DNA from: Terrimicrobiaceae bacterium
Lineage (GTDB): Bacteria; Verrucomicrobiota; Verrucomicrobiia; Chthoniobacterales; Terrimicrobiaceae
DNA: 64,000 nt
Reading direction: 5' to 3'
Assembly: GCA_044342325.1 (NCBI GenBank)
Contig: JBIIPZ010000010.1
Coordinates: 1 to 64,000 of the forward strand
The translations under genes and the position numbers were made by a program. Below are positions 27,616-37,386 of this stretch, in pieces (position 1 is the stretch's first letter; each line of letters opens with the position of its first letter). The notes under the pieces were generated by a model, which saw only the letters and a program-made list of their open reading frames with translations, ran no database searches and was not told where the DNA came from.

Positions 27616-30600
27616 TTACCGGAGGGGTCTGGTTGCGTAATCGGGCTTTGAAATCAGGACCTTCCGTGGCGGCCCGCCGCGAAGTTCGATCCCTGTGGTG
27701 TTCTGCGAGTCATAACTCCATGGTCCCCTGCCCTCGAAGCGACTGCCGAAGGCCTCGATGAGTTCCCCGTCGGGCACGCAGGCCGTGACGGTGCCGTCGG
27801 CGGCGCGGCGGATCCAGCCGGCACGGCCCACGAAGCGGACTCCGTCGATCGACTCGTCCACCATGTCGTTATGCAGCCAGACATGGTCGGTGTATTCCGG
27901 GGTGACGACCTTCATGCCGCTGGCGCCGAATGACTCGATGCGGATCTCGCGACCTCGCTCGCGGGCGAAGAGCAGGGTGCGGTAGATGCCGTCGGTGTGG
28001 TTGTAGAGGCGGAAGTAGTGCTGCGCGTGCTTCGCCCGGGCCTCCTCGCCGCCGCAACCGGGATGGAGATTCGGGATCAACTCCCCCGTCTCCATCTCAA
28101 ATTGCACCGGATGCTGGACATGGGCGAGCAGGTCGAGGTCGAAACGCCCCTCGGCAGTGATTTTGGAGTCTTCCCGACGGATGTCGGTGCCGGTGAAATG
28201 GAGGTTGTATCGGTGGGGCACCTGACCATAGACCCGGTCGAAGAGAACTGTGTAGTCGGGTTTGACGAAAAGCAGTTGGCGCACTTTCCAGACCTTCGGC
28301 CCGACGGGGTTCTTGTCGCCGATGTAGAAGTAAGGCGTCTTGGTCCGGTCGATCTTGCCGTCCTTGTTCTCGACCTCGGCGAATGATCTCACTTTGCCCC
28401 AAAGGAGCTTGAGAGTAACCGGCACCTCACAACGCGTGTAATCAAGCGCCGGGGTAAAGAGGTGGTCGCCGAGGTAGCCGCGACGCAGGGGGTCCTCGTC
28501 GGGAATCTCTACCAGATTGTGGGCGCCCCCCACGCCGACATCGCCGGTGTAGGTGCCGTAGTCCATGCAGAGCGGCGTCCCCTTGGCATACCAGTTGAAG
28601 GCCGTCTCATCGGCTTCGTAGTGATCCTTGGCGAAGCCGATTTTCTGGAAGAGATAACTCTCCTCCGGTCGCCCTTGGTGGTCGCGCAGGGCGACGCCGA
28701 CCTCATCCATGCACTCGCTCTGTAAAGGATGAAGGATGAAGGATGAAGGATGAAGTGAAATCCCAAAAGGCGCCATGGCGGCCATGACGACAGGGTAATG
28801 CTCACCGGGGCGGGCATAAGAGTCGCCCATTTTCCAAAGCGCGAGGCAGGAGGCGCGCAAGGGATCATCCTCCGCCAACTCGGCCGCGAAGCAGAGCATC
28901 GTGTCGGCGCCAGTCTGCGGGAGCACCGCATTGCCGATCCCTGGCATGGTGTGCACGCCGAAGCGCTTGTCCACCGGCCCGACGAAGCGGCAGAGCCAGG
29001 AGACGAAGCGGCGCACCCGCTCGTCGTTGAAATAGTCAATGCCCCAGCGTTCCTTGACTACCTTGAAGGTGATGACGAAGTAAGAAAGCGTGTAGAGCGC
29101 GTAATTGATCGACTCCTGCCAGGCGCCGCTTTTCCCGCAGTAGGCATCCAGCTGGCGGTCGATCTCGTCGAGTCCGAAGCGCCGCCAGAAAGCGGCGTCC
29201 GGGTGATCCTTGAAGACCGCCGAGAGGTGTGCGAGCGCGCAGAGCGGATCGCTCTGGAAGTTGGGCAGGCTGTTGGTCCAGATGAGTCGGTCGGGCTTGT
29301 GCTCGCCGCCGTAAGTGTAGAAGTCGCGGCTCGATTCCGGGTGGTCCGGGTGCTTCCAGGTGCGGGAATGCGGCCAGCGTCCCTCGTCGAGGATACGGCG
29401 CGCGGCGAAGGCGAAGTAGGCGCCCAGTTTGCGGAACTCTTCTTCGCTCAGCGCCGCGTCCCTCCGCAACTGCTCGTAGGCGAGAAGCATGCCACGCAGG
29501 TAGCGGGAGAACCCGATGACATTCTTCATGTAATCCGGTTGGTTCGCGCGGTAGCCCTGGAACTGGCGCACCCAGCGCTCGAAGCGCTCGATCAGGAACC
29601 CGTAAAGCGCCTGGGCGTTCTCTGGGGTCGGCTCAAGGAGATACCGGTAGCTGGCCAGATGTATCGCACCGCTCTGCTTGAGCCAGTCGTCGGGATCGTC
29701 GAGCACGCCTTGCAGACACGGGTATTGCCCGAGGCGGTTGCGAGCTGCGGCGTGAAAATCGCCAGCAGCGAATACGCCGGGAAGAGCGGCGCACGAGGCG
29801 TCCAAGGCGGCATCGCCGGTGAGGTCAAGATGCTCGTCGAGACGCAGTGCGTTGAACTCGGCATGCAGCCGGTGGAAGACAAAGCGCCGCTCCGGCGTGA
29901 AAGTTGTCTCCACCGGGCCGGTGTAGAGCAGCCAGTGGCGCACCCCGCTCTCAAGCGCGGCGTTCCACTCGACGGTGCCGCCTTTGTCGAGCAACTCGGG
30001 CATGTTGGCCACCGGTTCCTCCCATTTCGCTCCATAGAGGCCGAGGATGCCGATCATGCCGCGCGACTCGTCGCGCTCGTCGCAGAAGGCGAACCAGCCC
30101 CGGTTGTTGGGAATGAAATACTCCGTCTGCACCGGCATCTGCAGGCGGCAGAGCAGATCGCGCGGATGCTCGACACCGAGCGGTTCGACCGTCGGCTGGG
30201 AGTCTCCCTCGAAGCTGTCGCGGCTGATGATGTGGGTGAGGTTTTTCTCCGGATTGATTGTCCAGACGAGCCCGGCCCCCATACGCAGGCTGAAACGCTC
30301 CTCGGCCTCGATGTAGGAATCCTCCTTGTAGCAGCGGAAGCGGAGGGTGTAGGCGCGGTTTTCGCCGTAGTCGTAAACCAGCCGATAGTCGGTGAACAAC
30401 GGCCCGTCGCACACACGGGCAAGCGAGGAGCGCAGCAGAGGATGATCGCAGCGAATCTGCGACTGCATCGGAAATCCCGCGAACCCGAGGAACGGGGAAG
30501 TGGACGAAACCAGAAGTCCCCTCCCCTCCGTGCCGATCATGACGGGAGCGTCAAAAGGAATCGCGCACGCCGTCAGGTCGGTGCCTGAAGCATCCGCTTC

Positions 30601-30825
30601 GGAGAAGACCAACTCGCGTGTCTCTCCCTTGGTGAAGCCGAGTTTGACAAGAATTTCAGAACCAGTTTCCGACGAGGTTCCTGTGTATTGGAATGGCAAG
30701 GAAACGCCATCCACCGCGAGTGCCAGTGGCGCTCCGGGTTCGACGCCGGCGAGGCGGAGGCGGATATACTGCGGGGACCAGCCCGTGAAGAGCGGGCTGG
30801 AGAGGTTCATGGTGATGTTGTTCAT
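27616..30825 (-). CDS. Large hypothetical protein, heparinase II/III-like polysaccharide lyase fold suspected
   Basis: Helical middle region (GAWQESINY) followed by HYEADE, DYGTY, AHNLV and RQLLFVKPDY.VLFD beta-sandwich motifs. Start set at ATG 30825. Confidence 0.5.
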   Translation of the reverse strand: MNNITMNLSSPLFTGWSPQYIRLRLAGVEPGAPLALAVDGVSLPFQYTGTSSETGSEILVKLGFTKGETRELVFSEADASGTDLTACAIPFDAPVMIGTEGRGLLVSSTSPFLGFAGFPMQSQIRCDHPLLRSSLARVCDGPLFTDYRLVYDYGENRAYTLRFRCYKEDSYIEAEERFSLRMGAGLVWTINPEKNLTHIISRDSFEGDSQPTVEPLGVEHPRDLLCRLQMPVQTEYFIPNNRGWFAFCDERDESRGMIGILGLYGAKWEEPVANMPELLDKGGTVEWNAALESGVRHWLLYTGPVETTFTPERRFVFHRLHAEFNALRLDEHLDLTGDAALDASCAALPGVFAAGDFHAAARNRLGQYPCLQGVLDDPDDWLKQSGAIHLASYRYLLEPTPENAQALYGFLIERFERWVRQFQGYRANQPDYMKNVIGFSRYLRGMLLAYEQLRRDAALSEEEFRKLGAYFAFAARRILDEGRWPHSRTWKHPDHPESSRDFYTYGGEHKPDRLIWTNSLPNFQSDPLCALAHLSAVFKDHPDAAFWRRFGLDEIDRQLDAYCGKSGAWQESINYALYTLSYFVITFKVVKERWGIDYFNDERVRRFVSWLCRFVGPVDKRFGVHTMPGIGNAVLPQTGADTMLCFAAELAEDDPLRASCLALWKMGDSYARPGEHYPVVMAAMAPFGISLHPSSFILHPLQSECMDEVGVALRDHQGRPEESYLFQKIGFAKDHYEADETAFNWYAKGTPLCMDYGTYTGDVGVGGAHNLVEIPDEDPLRRGYLGDHLFTPALDYTRCEVPVTLKLLWGKVRSFAEVENKDGKIDRTKTPYFYIGDKNPVGPKVWKVRQLLFVKPDYTVLFDRVYGQVPHRYNLHFTGTDIRREDSKITAEGRFDLDLLAHVQHPVQFEMETGELIPNLHPGCGGEEARAKHAQHYFRLYNHTDGIYRTLLFARERGREIRIESFGASGMKVVTPEYTDHVWLHNDMVDESIDGVRFVGRAGWIRRAADGTVTACVPDGELIEAFGSRFEGRGPWSYDSQNTTGIELRGGPPRKVLISKPDYATRPLR
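28725..28755. repeat. Heptamer tandem repeat (AAGGATG)x4 inside a CDS
   Basis: Read directly from the sequence; encodes LHPSSFILHP on the minus strand. Confidence 0.9.
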
Positions 30826-30848
30826 AGGTTCATGGTGATGTTGTTCAT
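30803..30848. repeat. Perfect 23-bp tandem duplication at a gene junction
   Basis: AGGTTCATGGTGATGTTGTTCAT occurs at 30803-30825 and 30826-30848. Confidence 0.95.
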
Positions 30849-32785
30849 GCATTAAATTCGCTGGGTTCCCAGACAAACAGGGCGGGAGAACCGGGGTTCG
30901 GCACGGCGAGACGCAAGGAAGTGTCCGTGGAGAAGGGACGGCCCGAGAACATCTCCACGCCCGTCCGGGGCCTGTCGAGCATGACCTCCGGCCCATCACC
31001 TTGAACGAGCAGCATCGAGGCATTTTCCCAGGCACACACGCCGTCGGAGGCGAAGAAGTGGACTCCGGCGGCCTCGGCGTATTTCCTCACCTCCTGCGGG
31101 CTGGGATAAAAACCGGGTTCCGCATTCCAATGGAAATGGACCGCCGGATGACTCTCCCGGTAGGCCGCGAGGCGCCGGATCGCGGCCGGATCGTGAATAC
31201 CGAAAGGGGCGACGATTTTCCAGGCAGGAAGGCTTTCCTCTAGTAAATCCTCCAGCAGCAGAACCTCGACCGCACAGCCCATCCGCATGAGCGGAGCCAT
31301 GGCGCGGTAGACTTTTTGCTCGAAGGCCTTGTGATCAAGTGTCTGGCGGGCCACGGAAAACTCGTCCAAAACAATGGCAATCTGCGCCTGATTGGAACGG
31401 TCCCGCGTGACAAGTTTCTCACCGAGTTGCTGGAGACGGTTGATTTCCTCCAGCACCTCCGGATGGTCGAAATTCGGGCGGTAGGCGTTGAGCCAACCGG
31501 TGAGTTCGGTGAGCCAAAGATGCTTGCCCCGGGCAAGCGCGAGGCCGAAGGCCCAACGGAGCATCACGACCGTCTCTTCCAAAGTCTCCGCCGCACCCAC
31601 ATCCAGCGCGACCAGGCGGGAGTCGCCGTTCGTTGGATTGATAAATGTGTAGTTATCGTTCTCATCGAGCCAAGCCTTGCCATGGCGGTGGCAGGTTCCG
31701 AGCGGACCGTGCTCGAACAGCATTCCATTTGCAGGACGCCTATTGGAATAGGCATACGGCGAGGCCAGAAAATCGAGATGCGGCGAGCGAACGACGCGTC
31801 CCGTGGCATGGTGCCCGCCGAGAAAGCCGCCGGCCCCGTAGAGTCCGGTAAACGGGGTCTGCTCCCGCGCGGTGAGCGTGTAGCCGTAGAAGGCGCCCAG
31901 GGTCAGATTGCCGCCGCTCTCCTCTTTGGCCGCCGAGCAGAGGGAAAGAAGCATGTCGACCGTCATTTCGGAGAGTGTCTGCTGGTGGTCGATGACATCC
32001 TGTTCTTCGGGTATCTGGCGGAGTCCCTCCCCGCCGCCCGCGCGCTCCCTGCGTTCGCGACCAGGGATCTCCGCCGCATCGATGCGGGACGGCCTGCCCC
32101 AGGCTTCCGAAAGCGCGGCGTCTGTGCCGTATTTTTTTCGGAGAAACTCCCTGAAATAACTCGCCGCATGCGGGCTGTGGTCGGGGAATCCGTCGGTCCC
32201 GAGGATCGACCATTCCCAGGTGATTCCATAACTGACGAGAAATGCGCCCACACGCCTGCTCCATCCCGAGCGGATCAGCCAGCGGACGAATTCCCTCATC
32301 GCCTGCACGCACTCCTCACGCCAGAGCGGCGAGGCAAGGCTGGGCAGACGACGCTCACCGGCCCGCTGCAACTCCCGCTCGGTCGTGTCGTCGGCATAAA
32401 CCTGGAGATGCCCGGGGTTGGCGTCCAACCACCATTCCGGCGCCCCGGCATAGACGCGCAGCAAAAGCAAGGCGTCGGGACACTCACCAAGCACGAGTTT
32501 GAAATAGCGGTCCATCGCCGAGCCATCAAAGCGTCCGGGCCCATGCCAGAAACGGAGTTCCGGATGGTAGATATCCTCCGAACAGGTCGCATCACACTGG
32601 AGAAAGCGGGCTCCGGCGCTTTCGAGCGTCCGGAACAAGGCCACATTGTCACCAAGGAACGGCCTCTCGCCTCCAAGGCCGAACCAAGGTTGACCATCAC
32701 GGTGCAGAGTCGGCACACCATGGTGGTTAAGGATGCGGATATCCGGCCAGTCGGTGGAAGGTGTAGGGCTGGGATTTGAGATCAT
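30845..32785 (-). CDS. GH42-like glycoside hydrolase
   Basis: APEWWLDANP, SLASPLWR, GITWEW, LSEAWG, DFLASPYAY and DEND motifs. Start ATG 32785 overlaps the upstream stop. Confidence 0.6.
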   Translation of the reverse strand: MISNPSPTPSTDWPDIRILNHHGVPTLHRDGQPWFGLGGERPFLGDNVALFRTLESAGARFLQCDATCSEDIYHPELRFWHGPGRFDGSAMDRYFKLVLGECPDALLLLRVYAGAPEWWLDANPGHLQVYADDTTERELQRAGERRLPSLASPLWREECVQAMREFVRWLIRSGWSRRVGAFLVSYGITWEWSILGTDGFPDHSPHAASYFREFLRKKYGTDAALSEAWGRPSRIDAAEIPGRERRERAGGGEGLRQIPEEQDVIDHQQTLSEMTVDMLLSLCSAAKEESGGNLTLGAFYGYTLTAREQTPFTGLYGAGGFLGGHHATGRVVRSPHLDFLASPYAYSNRRPANGMLFEHGPLGTCHRHGKAWLDENDNYTFINPTNGDSRLVALDVGAAETLEETVVMLRWAFGLALARGKHLWLTELTGWLNAYRPNFDHPEVLEEINRLQQLGEKLVTRDRSNQAQIAIVLDEFSVARQTLDHKAFEQKVYRAMAPLMRMGCAVEVLLLEDLLEESLPAWKIVAPFGIHDPAAIRRLAAYRESHPAVHFHWNAEPGFYPSPQEVRKYAEAAGVHFFASDGVCAWENASMLLVQGDGPEVMLDRPRTGVEMFSGRPFSTDTSLRLAVPNPGSPALFVWEPSEFNA

Positions 32786-33276
32786 AAAGTTGGGTGTCCA
32801 AGATTCGATATGCTTTCCAAATCTTTCACATCGACGCAGACCAGCGGCGGTCTGGCATCGGGTGTTTCCGTGGTGAAGCGCACATTCTCGAGCCTGATCT
32901 GCTCCGCGTGGCGGAGATAAAGTCCACTGGCCGGCATGGCAAACCATCCGCCCTGCGGATAGCCGTTAGCAGGCATACTCGGTTCGGTTTCAAATCCGCC
33001 GTCGGTGATGCCCTTAATCGGGAGTCCCGGCGTGCGCAGCATTTTCCATGTGTAGTCACCAGCGGGCAATGGCGCGCCGGATCGATCCAGACCGTCCCAG
33101 GCAAATTGATGCGAACCAGCCTGCATCGGCAAAGCCCGTGGCAACTCACGCACCATGCGACCGCCCTTGTCGTAAATGGGTGCCGAAACATTGCCAGGTT
33201 TGTCGAGGGTGAACGGGATGTCGGCGGCGTGGGTTATACCGGAGGTGAAAAGAAGGATTTTGAAGAGGAGTTTCAT
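32782..33276 (-). pseudogene. Chimeric ORF: signal peptide + FlgD-Ig domain fused to a GH28-like C-terminus
   Basis: The N-half closely matches the neighbouring gene's TLDKPGNVSA.IYD..GRMVREL..WDGLD. The C-half YPQGGWFAMPASGLYLRHAEQIRLENVRF...DARP..DV resembles GH28 C-termini. Confidence 0.6.
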
Positions 33277-33302
33277 GATGTGGAGGTCTAAGCGCGCTCA
33301 AA

Positions 33303-36300
33303 TCACGGCGGGCTCAGTGCTGCGGTCGGCACGTGCTCCACCGGCTGGCTGAGGCTTTCCCAATTCAGGTGAAACGATGGGTCAGGCTTGGGAGATTTGG
33401 GGTCCATGGGCACGGCGCGGTATTCGATGCGGATGGAGACCTTCTTGCCGGATTCCATCGGTATGGGGAGCGAGTGGCCTTTGCGAATCTCGCGCTCGCG
33501 CGGATAGTCCTGCTGGGCCCAGGTCACTTCCTTGCCGTCAACCCAGAGCTTGAACTCGCCTCGGGCGTAGATGCTCAGGCAGTAGTCCTCGGTGAAGCGT
33601 GGCTCGATGAAGCCGGTCCAGCGAATGCTGAAATCCTTGGCGGGGGTGTCCTTTGGCCACGGTTTGTCGATCCCGAACCACAGGCGCTCGTCGATGCGGG
33701 TGAGCGCGGGATCGCCAGCGAGATCGAGGTTGGAAAAGACCTCGGCTTTGAGGCCTGTGCCATTGTGCAGGGGAGCTGTGACGGGTTGCGCAAGGGTGAT
33801 TTCGCCTCGCTGGCGCACCCAGCCATCCCAGCCGGTGATGCGGTAGCAGGGGTTGTTGTTCGCGCCCTGGCCGAGGAAGACGACGCTGCCATCGGGGAGT
33901 TCGGCAACTTCGCCACCGGTGCGGGAATCGTCGGAGGCGATCGGAGATTGCTGATCATAGTTGTTTCTTCCGATCCGTTTTCCATTGATGCCGTGCCAGG
34001 TGTAGAGGCGATCCGGCTGGCTGCCAGGATTGCTCAGATCGCGGCCGTCATAGGGATCGCGGCCATCGAAGAGGCCTCCGACATAAAGGCCGTCGGTCGT
34101 CCAGAACTCACACGGCTGCTCCAACCAGTCGAACACCGGCACGCAGCCTTTGAGTTCGCGGCCGAGGTGCCACGCGCCGTGCAGTTGACCGCGCGGATGC
34201 GGCCAGCGAGCGACCTTCGACGAGCTCCGCCAGATGCGGTTGCCAGCGGCATCGAGCCGCAGCAGCGCCATGCCATCGGTCATCGTCGAGGGCCAGCCCC
34301 ATCCGTGAACGGCGGTGTCATAGGTGCTGGAACTCTTGGTGCCGTCACCATTGCCGCCGAGAAGGGCAAAAGCCCCTCCATCAGTGACAGGCAGGAGCGA
34401 CCGCGTCTCGCCACGGCGCTCGGTCTTGGGTCCGGCAGCCACACCTTGCAGCGGCCATACCGGCGCGCCGCAGGCCGTGATGCGCTCGGGTTTGTAGATG
34501 AGATACATGCCGTCCTTGTTGGTGCTACCGCTGCCGATCCAGGCATTCAACGCATCGTCGATCCGGAGGCAGAAGCCCCCATTGAGTCCCGTCGGTGAGC
34601 TGGCATCACGATGGGCTTCCCCGAGACGCAGTTCGTTGGCGTCGATGAGACCGTCGCCGTTCTCATCGGCCCAGGAATAACGGGCGTATTTGATCCGTGA
34701 CTTCGCATCTGCCGGATCGCCTCCTGCAAGGCGGATCGCCTCGGCCCAAGCGGGCGGGAGTTGCTCAACGGTCGCGGTGTTGTCAGCCGCCCAGAGATCC
34801 CGGTGCATGAGGCCGAGAGAGGCGCGCGGACGCAGGCGGTCGTTCTTTTCATCATGCACGAGCAGCAGCGGCAGCGCTGTAAACTCAAGCAGCAACTCCG
34901 GCTTGCCATCGCCATCGAGATCGCGACGCATCGTTCTCATGCGGTTGAAGCTTGGCACCCGACCGGAGAACCATGGCGCGTAACTTTGCCGCGTGGCATA
35001 GATCGCATCGCCGGTGCCGCCGCCCTTCGGATCAAACATCTCCGTCCAGCGATACGCGGCGACGGGCTGCCAGTCGCGTTTGGCATAGTCGAGCTTTGCC
35101 TGCACGATCGTTTCGTCGTCCTGGCGAATCCAGCCAAGCGAGGGATCGGACGGATCGAGCGCTGTCTGCGCGTAGAAATCCATGCCTCCGAACCATTCCT
35201 TCACCGGCTCGCCCTTCGCATCGAAGCGGGCCGTGCGGCGCGGCACGGTATTCTGCTCGATGACGACGAAACCGCCGTGCCCGTCGGCTGCAATGCCACG
35301 CAGGCTGGAAAAATCGTGCGGTTCGTAGCGACCGAGCTTGCGACCGCCCTCGCGACCATGCGTGGCGATCAATTTGCCTGCGGCGTCAAAGGCCTTCACC
35401 TGCTGAACCTCGCCCCCCTCGGCGACAAAGATCCCGCCGGTCTTCGCATCCACATCAAGAGCCACGGCATCCCGCAGGCCACGCAGAAGAGTGACGGGCT
35501 TTTTATCCTCCCGCGAGAAACGCACCACGCTGTCGCCGATGAGCGCGAAGACTTCGTGCTTCGGCCCGAGCGCGATGTCACGAACATCGGCGAGCGGCAT
35601 CGAATCGATCGTGCCGCCCGTGGCGGGATCGAGCCAAACCAAACGACCAGCTCCAAGGGATGCAAGCAGCAGCGTGGAATCATCGGCTGCGATGCGATCC
35701 GCCATCGCAATGACCTCGATCTTGCGCAGACCCCAATGCGCGGCCTTGGGCTTTGCACGCGGGCTCTCCGGGATGAACTTAAGGCTCAGCTTGCCGTTCT
35801 TCACGGGAACCGCGCGTGGCCCCCCGTAAATTTGCGGCAGAAAGATCGGCTTCGTTTTCGCGGCGGCGGCCGATGGCGGCAACTGCCACCACGCCATCTT
35901 GTCGGCGAGCGTGTAGTGGCCGGGATAAGCTGCCATGCCGTTGGGCTGAACCTCCACGAGAGTTGTTGCCTGGGCATCGTCACCGTAGTGATAGCGCAGC
36001 AGATAATCGCCATCGGGAAGCGGCGCTTCAAACACACGCGGCTCCAGCGCATCGCAGGTAGTGCCGCCGCTGCCTTGCTTCATGCCCTCGATCGAGTTCC
36101 ATCCGGTGGTCGTCACGGCATCGAGTGCCGCGAGCGGAACCGCTGTTTCCCCCGCTTCAGGCAGACCGTTGCCGAAGACGAAGGTCTTCACAGGAAGCTC
36201 TGCAGAGAGCGTCGTGCCATACTGCCCCTTTCCCACGGGCTTACAGGTGGCCAAGTCCAAAACATAGACCTTGCCACTGTCATCCAAGTAAAACGCCTTC

Positions 36301-36827
36301 CCTCCCCCCACCGCGAGGTCGCGGGGATTGCGCGCTGGCTCAAACTGTGTGCGCTCCCAGATGACCTTCCCGTCAAAGCCCACACGCGTCAGATAGGGCG
36401 GCCCCTCGGAATTCGCGGCGGCAATCAGCGAATCCTCCGTCACCACAAGGGCTATCGGTCCCGCATGGTTTCCCGGCCACCAACGCTCACCCACGCTGGT
36501 TCCCACGCTCATAAGATACTCACTGCGCAGCCCCTGAGTCTGCAGCGAGCGCCATTCATACTTGCCCGCCGGCGCCGGCTTGCCATCCATGTCGAGTCCG
36601 TCCCACTCGAGCGCTTGCTTGCCCGCCTGCATCGGCACCGCCCGCGCCAATTCGCGCACCATACGCCCCTGCGCATCGTAGATGGCGGCGGAAACATTGC
36701 CCGGCTTGTCAAGGGTCACGGTGATTTTGTCACCCGGCGCTTCGGGTTCTTTCGCCGTCGCCTGTTGTTTTAAAGAACCGGTGAAGAATGACAGGGAAAC
36801 GAGGAAGAGGAAGTGATGCAGTTTCAT
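33303..36827 (-). CDS. Large secreted protein: FlgD-Ig + beta-propeller + PA14 domain
   Basis: Signal peptide MKLHHFL; WDGLDMDGKPAPAGKY; WADENGDGLIDANE; C-terminal GTGLKAEVFSN..FSIRWTGFIEP..LNWES (PA14). Confidence 0.8.
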   Translation of the reverse strand: MKLHHFLFLVSLSFFTGSLKQQATAKEPEAPGDKITVTLDKPGNVSAAIYDAQGRMVRELARAVPMQAGKQALEWDGLDMDGKPAPAGKYEWRSLQTQGLRSEYLMSVGTSVGERWWPGNHAGPIALVVTEDSLIAAANSEGPPYLTRVGFDGKVIWERTQFEPARNPRDLAVGGGKAFYLDDSGKVYVLDLATCKPVGKGQYGTTLSAELPVKTFVFGNGLPEAGETAVPLAALDAVTTTGWNSIEGMKQGSGGTTCDALEPRVFEAPLPDGDYLLRYHYGDDAQATTLVEVQPNGMAAYPGHYTLADKMAWWQLPPSAAAAKTKPIFLPQIYGGPRAVPVKNGKLSLKFIPESPRAKPKAAHWGLRKIEVIAMADRIAADDSTLLLASLGAGRLVWLDPATGGTIDSMPLADVRDIALGPKHEVFALIGDSVVRFSREDKKPVTLLRGLRDAVALDVDAKTGGIFVAEGGEVQQVKAFDAAGKLIATHGREGGRKLGRYEPHDFSSLRGIAADGHGGFVVIEQNTVPRRTARFDAKGEPVKEWFGGMDFYAQTALDPSDPSLGWIRQDDETIVQAKLDYAKRDWQPVAAYRWTEMFDPKGGGTGDAIYATRQSYAPWFSGRVPSFNRMRTMRRDLDGDGKPELLLEFTALPLLLVHDEKNDRLRPRASLGLMHRDLWAADNTATVEQLPPAWAEAIRLAGGDPADAKSRIKYARYSWADENGDGLIDANELRLGEAHRDASSPTGLNGGFCLRIDDALNAWIGSGSTNKDGMYLIYKPERITACGAPVWPLQGVAAGPKTERRGETRSLLPVTDGGAFALLGGNGDGTKSSSTYDTAVHGWGWPSTMTDGMALLRLDAAGNRIWRSSSKVARWPHPRGQLHGAWHLGRELKGCVPVFDWLEQPCEFWTTDGLYVGGLFDGRDPYDGRDLSNPGSQPDRLYTWHGINGKRIGRNNYDQQSPIASDDSRTGGEVAELPDGSVVFLGQGANNNPCYRITGWDGWVRQRGEITLAQPVTAPLHNGTGLKAEVFSNLDLAGDPALTRIDERLWFGIDKPWPKDTPAKDFSIRWTGFIEPRFTEDYCLSIYARGEFKLWVDGKEVTWAQQDYPREREIRKGHSLPIPMESGKKVSIRIEYRAVPMDPKSPKPDPSFHLNWESLSQPVEHVPTAALSPP

Positions 36828-36925
36828 AAAGTTGTGCACGACTGGATGGCGATCCCGCTGATTTCAAAACTTCCTGCGCAATACGGCTGAAGGCCGCCTG
36901 ACTTAGGAACCAACGAGAAGGTGAG
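36820..36925. repeat. 106-bp direct repeat, copy 1 (copy 2 at 41481-41586)
   Basis: 101/106 identical by manual alignment. It covers the 3' end of the small gene and the MKL start of the next gene. Confidence 0.92.
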
Positions 36926-37375
36926 CAGTTCGGTGGGCATCTGGGGAGTCAACACCACGCGGTAAGTTTCCCAACTCTCCGTGATCGCAATGGGTGACCA
37001 TGGCTTGGCGCCCCCCCAGGAGCGCAGGACGCTCAGATACTTCGGGCCGGTGAGGCTGCGGGCTTTGAAATGAACCTCAAACGCCTCCTCCGGTTGAAAT
37101 GTGCGGGGCAGGGTGAAGATCGCCCCGGCGTGCTGGCTCCAGGCATCTTTGTGAAACGGCCCGGAGAGCGTGACGGCGAGGACATCGCCTTCAAATCCAT
37201 CCACCGCCGGATCCGCCTTACGCCAGCCAAGAAACTCGGGTGCGGGCAGCCATTCCGCGATCTTGTCTTCAAGGATAGACGGCTTCCGAGCGCTCCAGCA
37301 ATCCCTGTCCGCCGCGAGACCGGGAAAGCAGAACAATAAAAAGAAAACCAGGATGCGGATGGTTGATGGCAACAT
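36824..37375 (-). CDS. Small secreted hypothetical protein, possible galactose-binding/CBM4-like fold
   Basis: Signal-like N-terminus; FEVHFKARS..ITESWETYRV beta-sandwich pattern; ATGA-coupled to the downstream gene. Confidence 0.5.
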   Translation of the reverse strand: MLPSTIRILVFFLLFCFPGLAADRDCWSARKPSILEDKIAEWLPAPEFLGWRKADPAVDGFEGDVLAVTLSGPFHKDAWSQHAGAIFTLPRTFQPEEAFEVHFKARSLTGPKYLSVLRSWGGAKPWSPIAITESWETYRVVLTPQMPTELLTFSLVPKSGGLQPYCAGSFEISGIAIQSCTTL

Positions 37376-37386
37376 GGAAAGAATGG

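Noticed and set aside
20016..36773. Long plus-strand ORFs (20016..21950, 28798..30588, 31316..32779, 34761..36773 and similar)
   Set aside because: They are antisense shadows of motif-bearing high-GC minus-strand genes and have no recognisable motifs.
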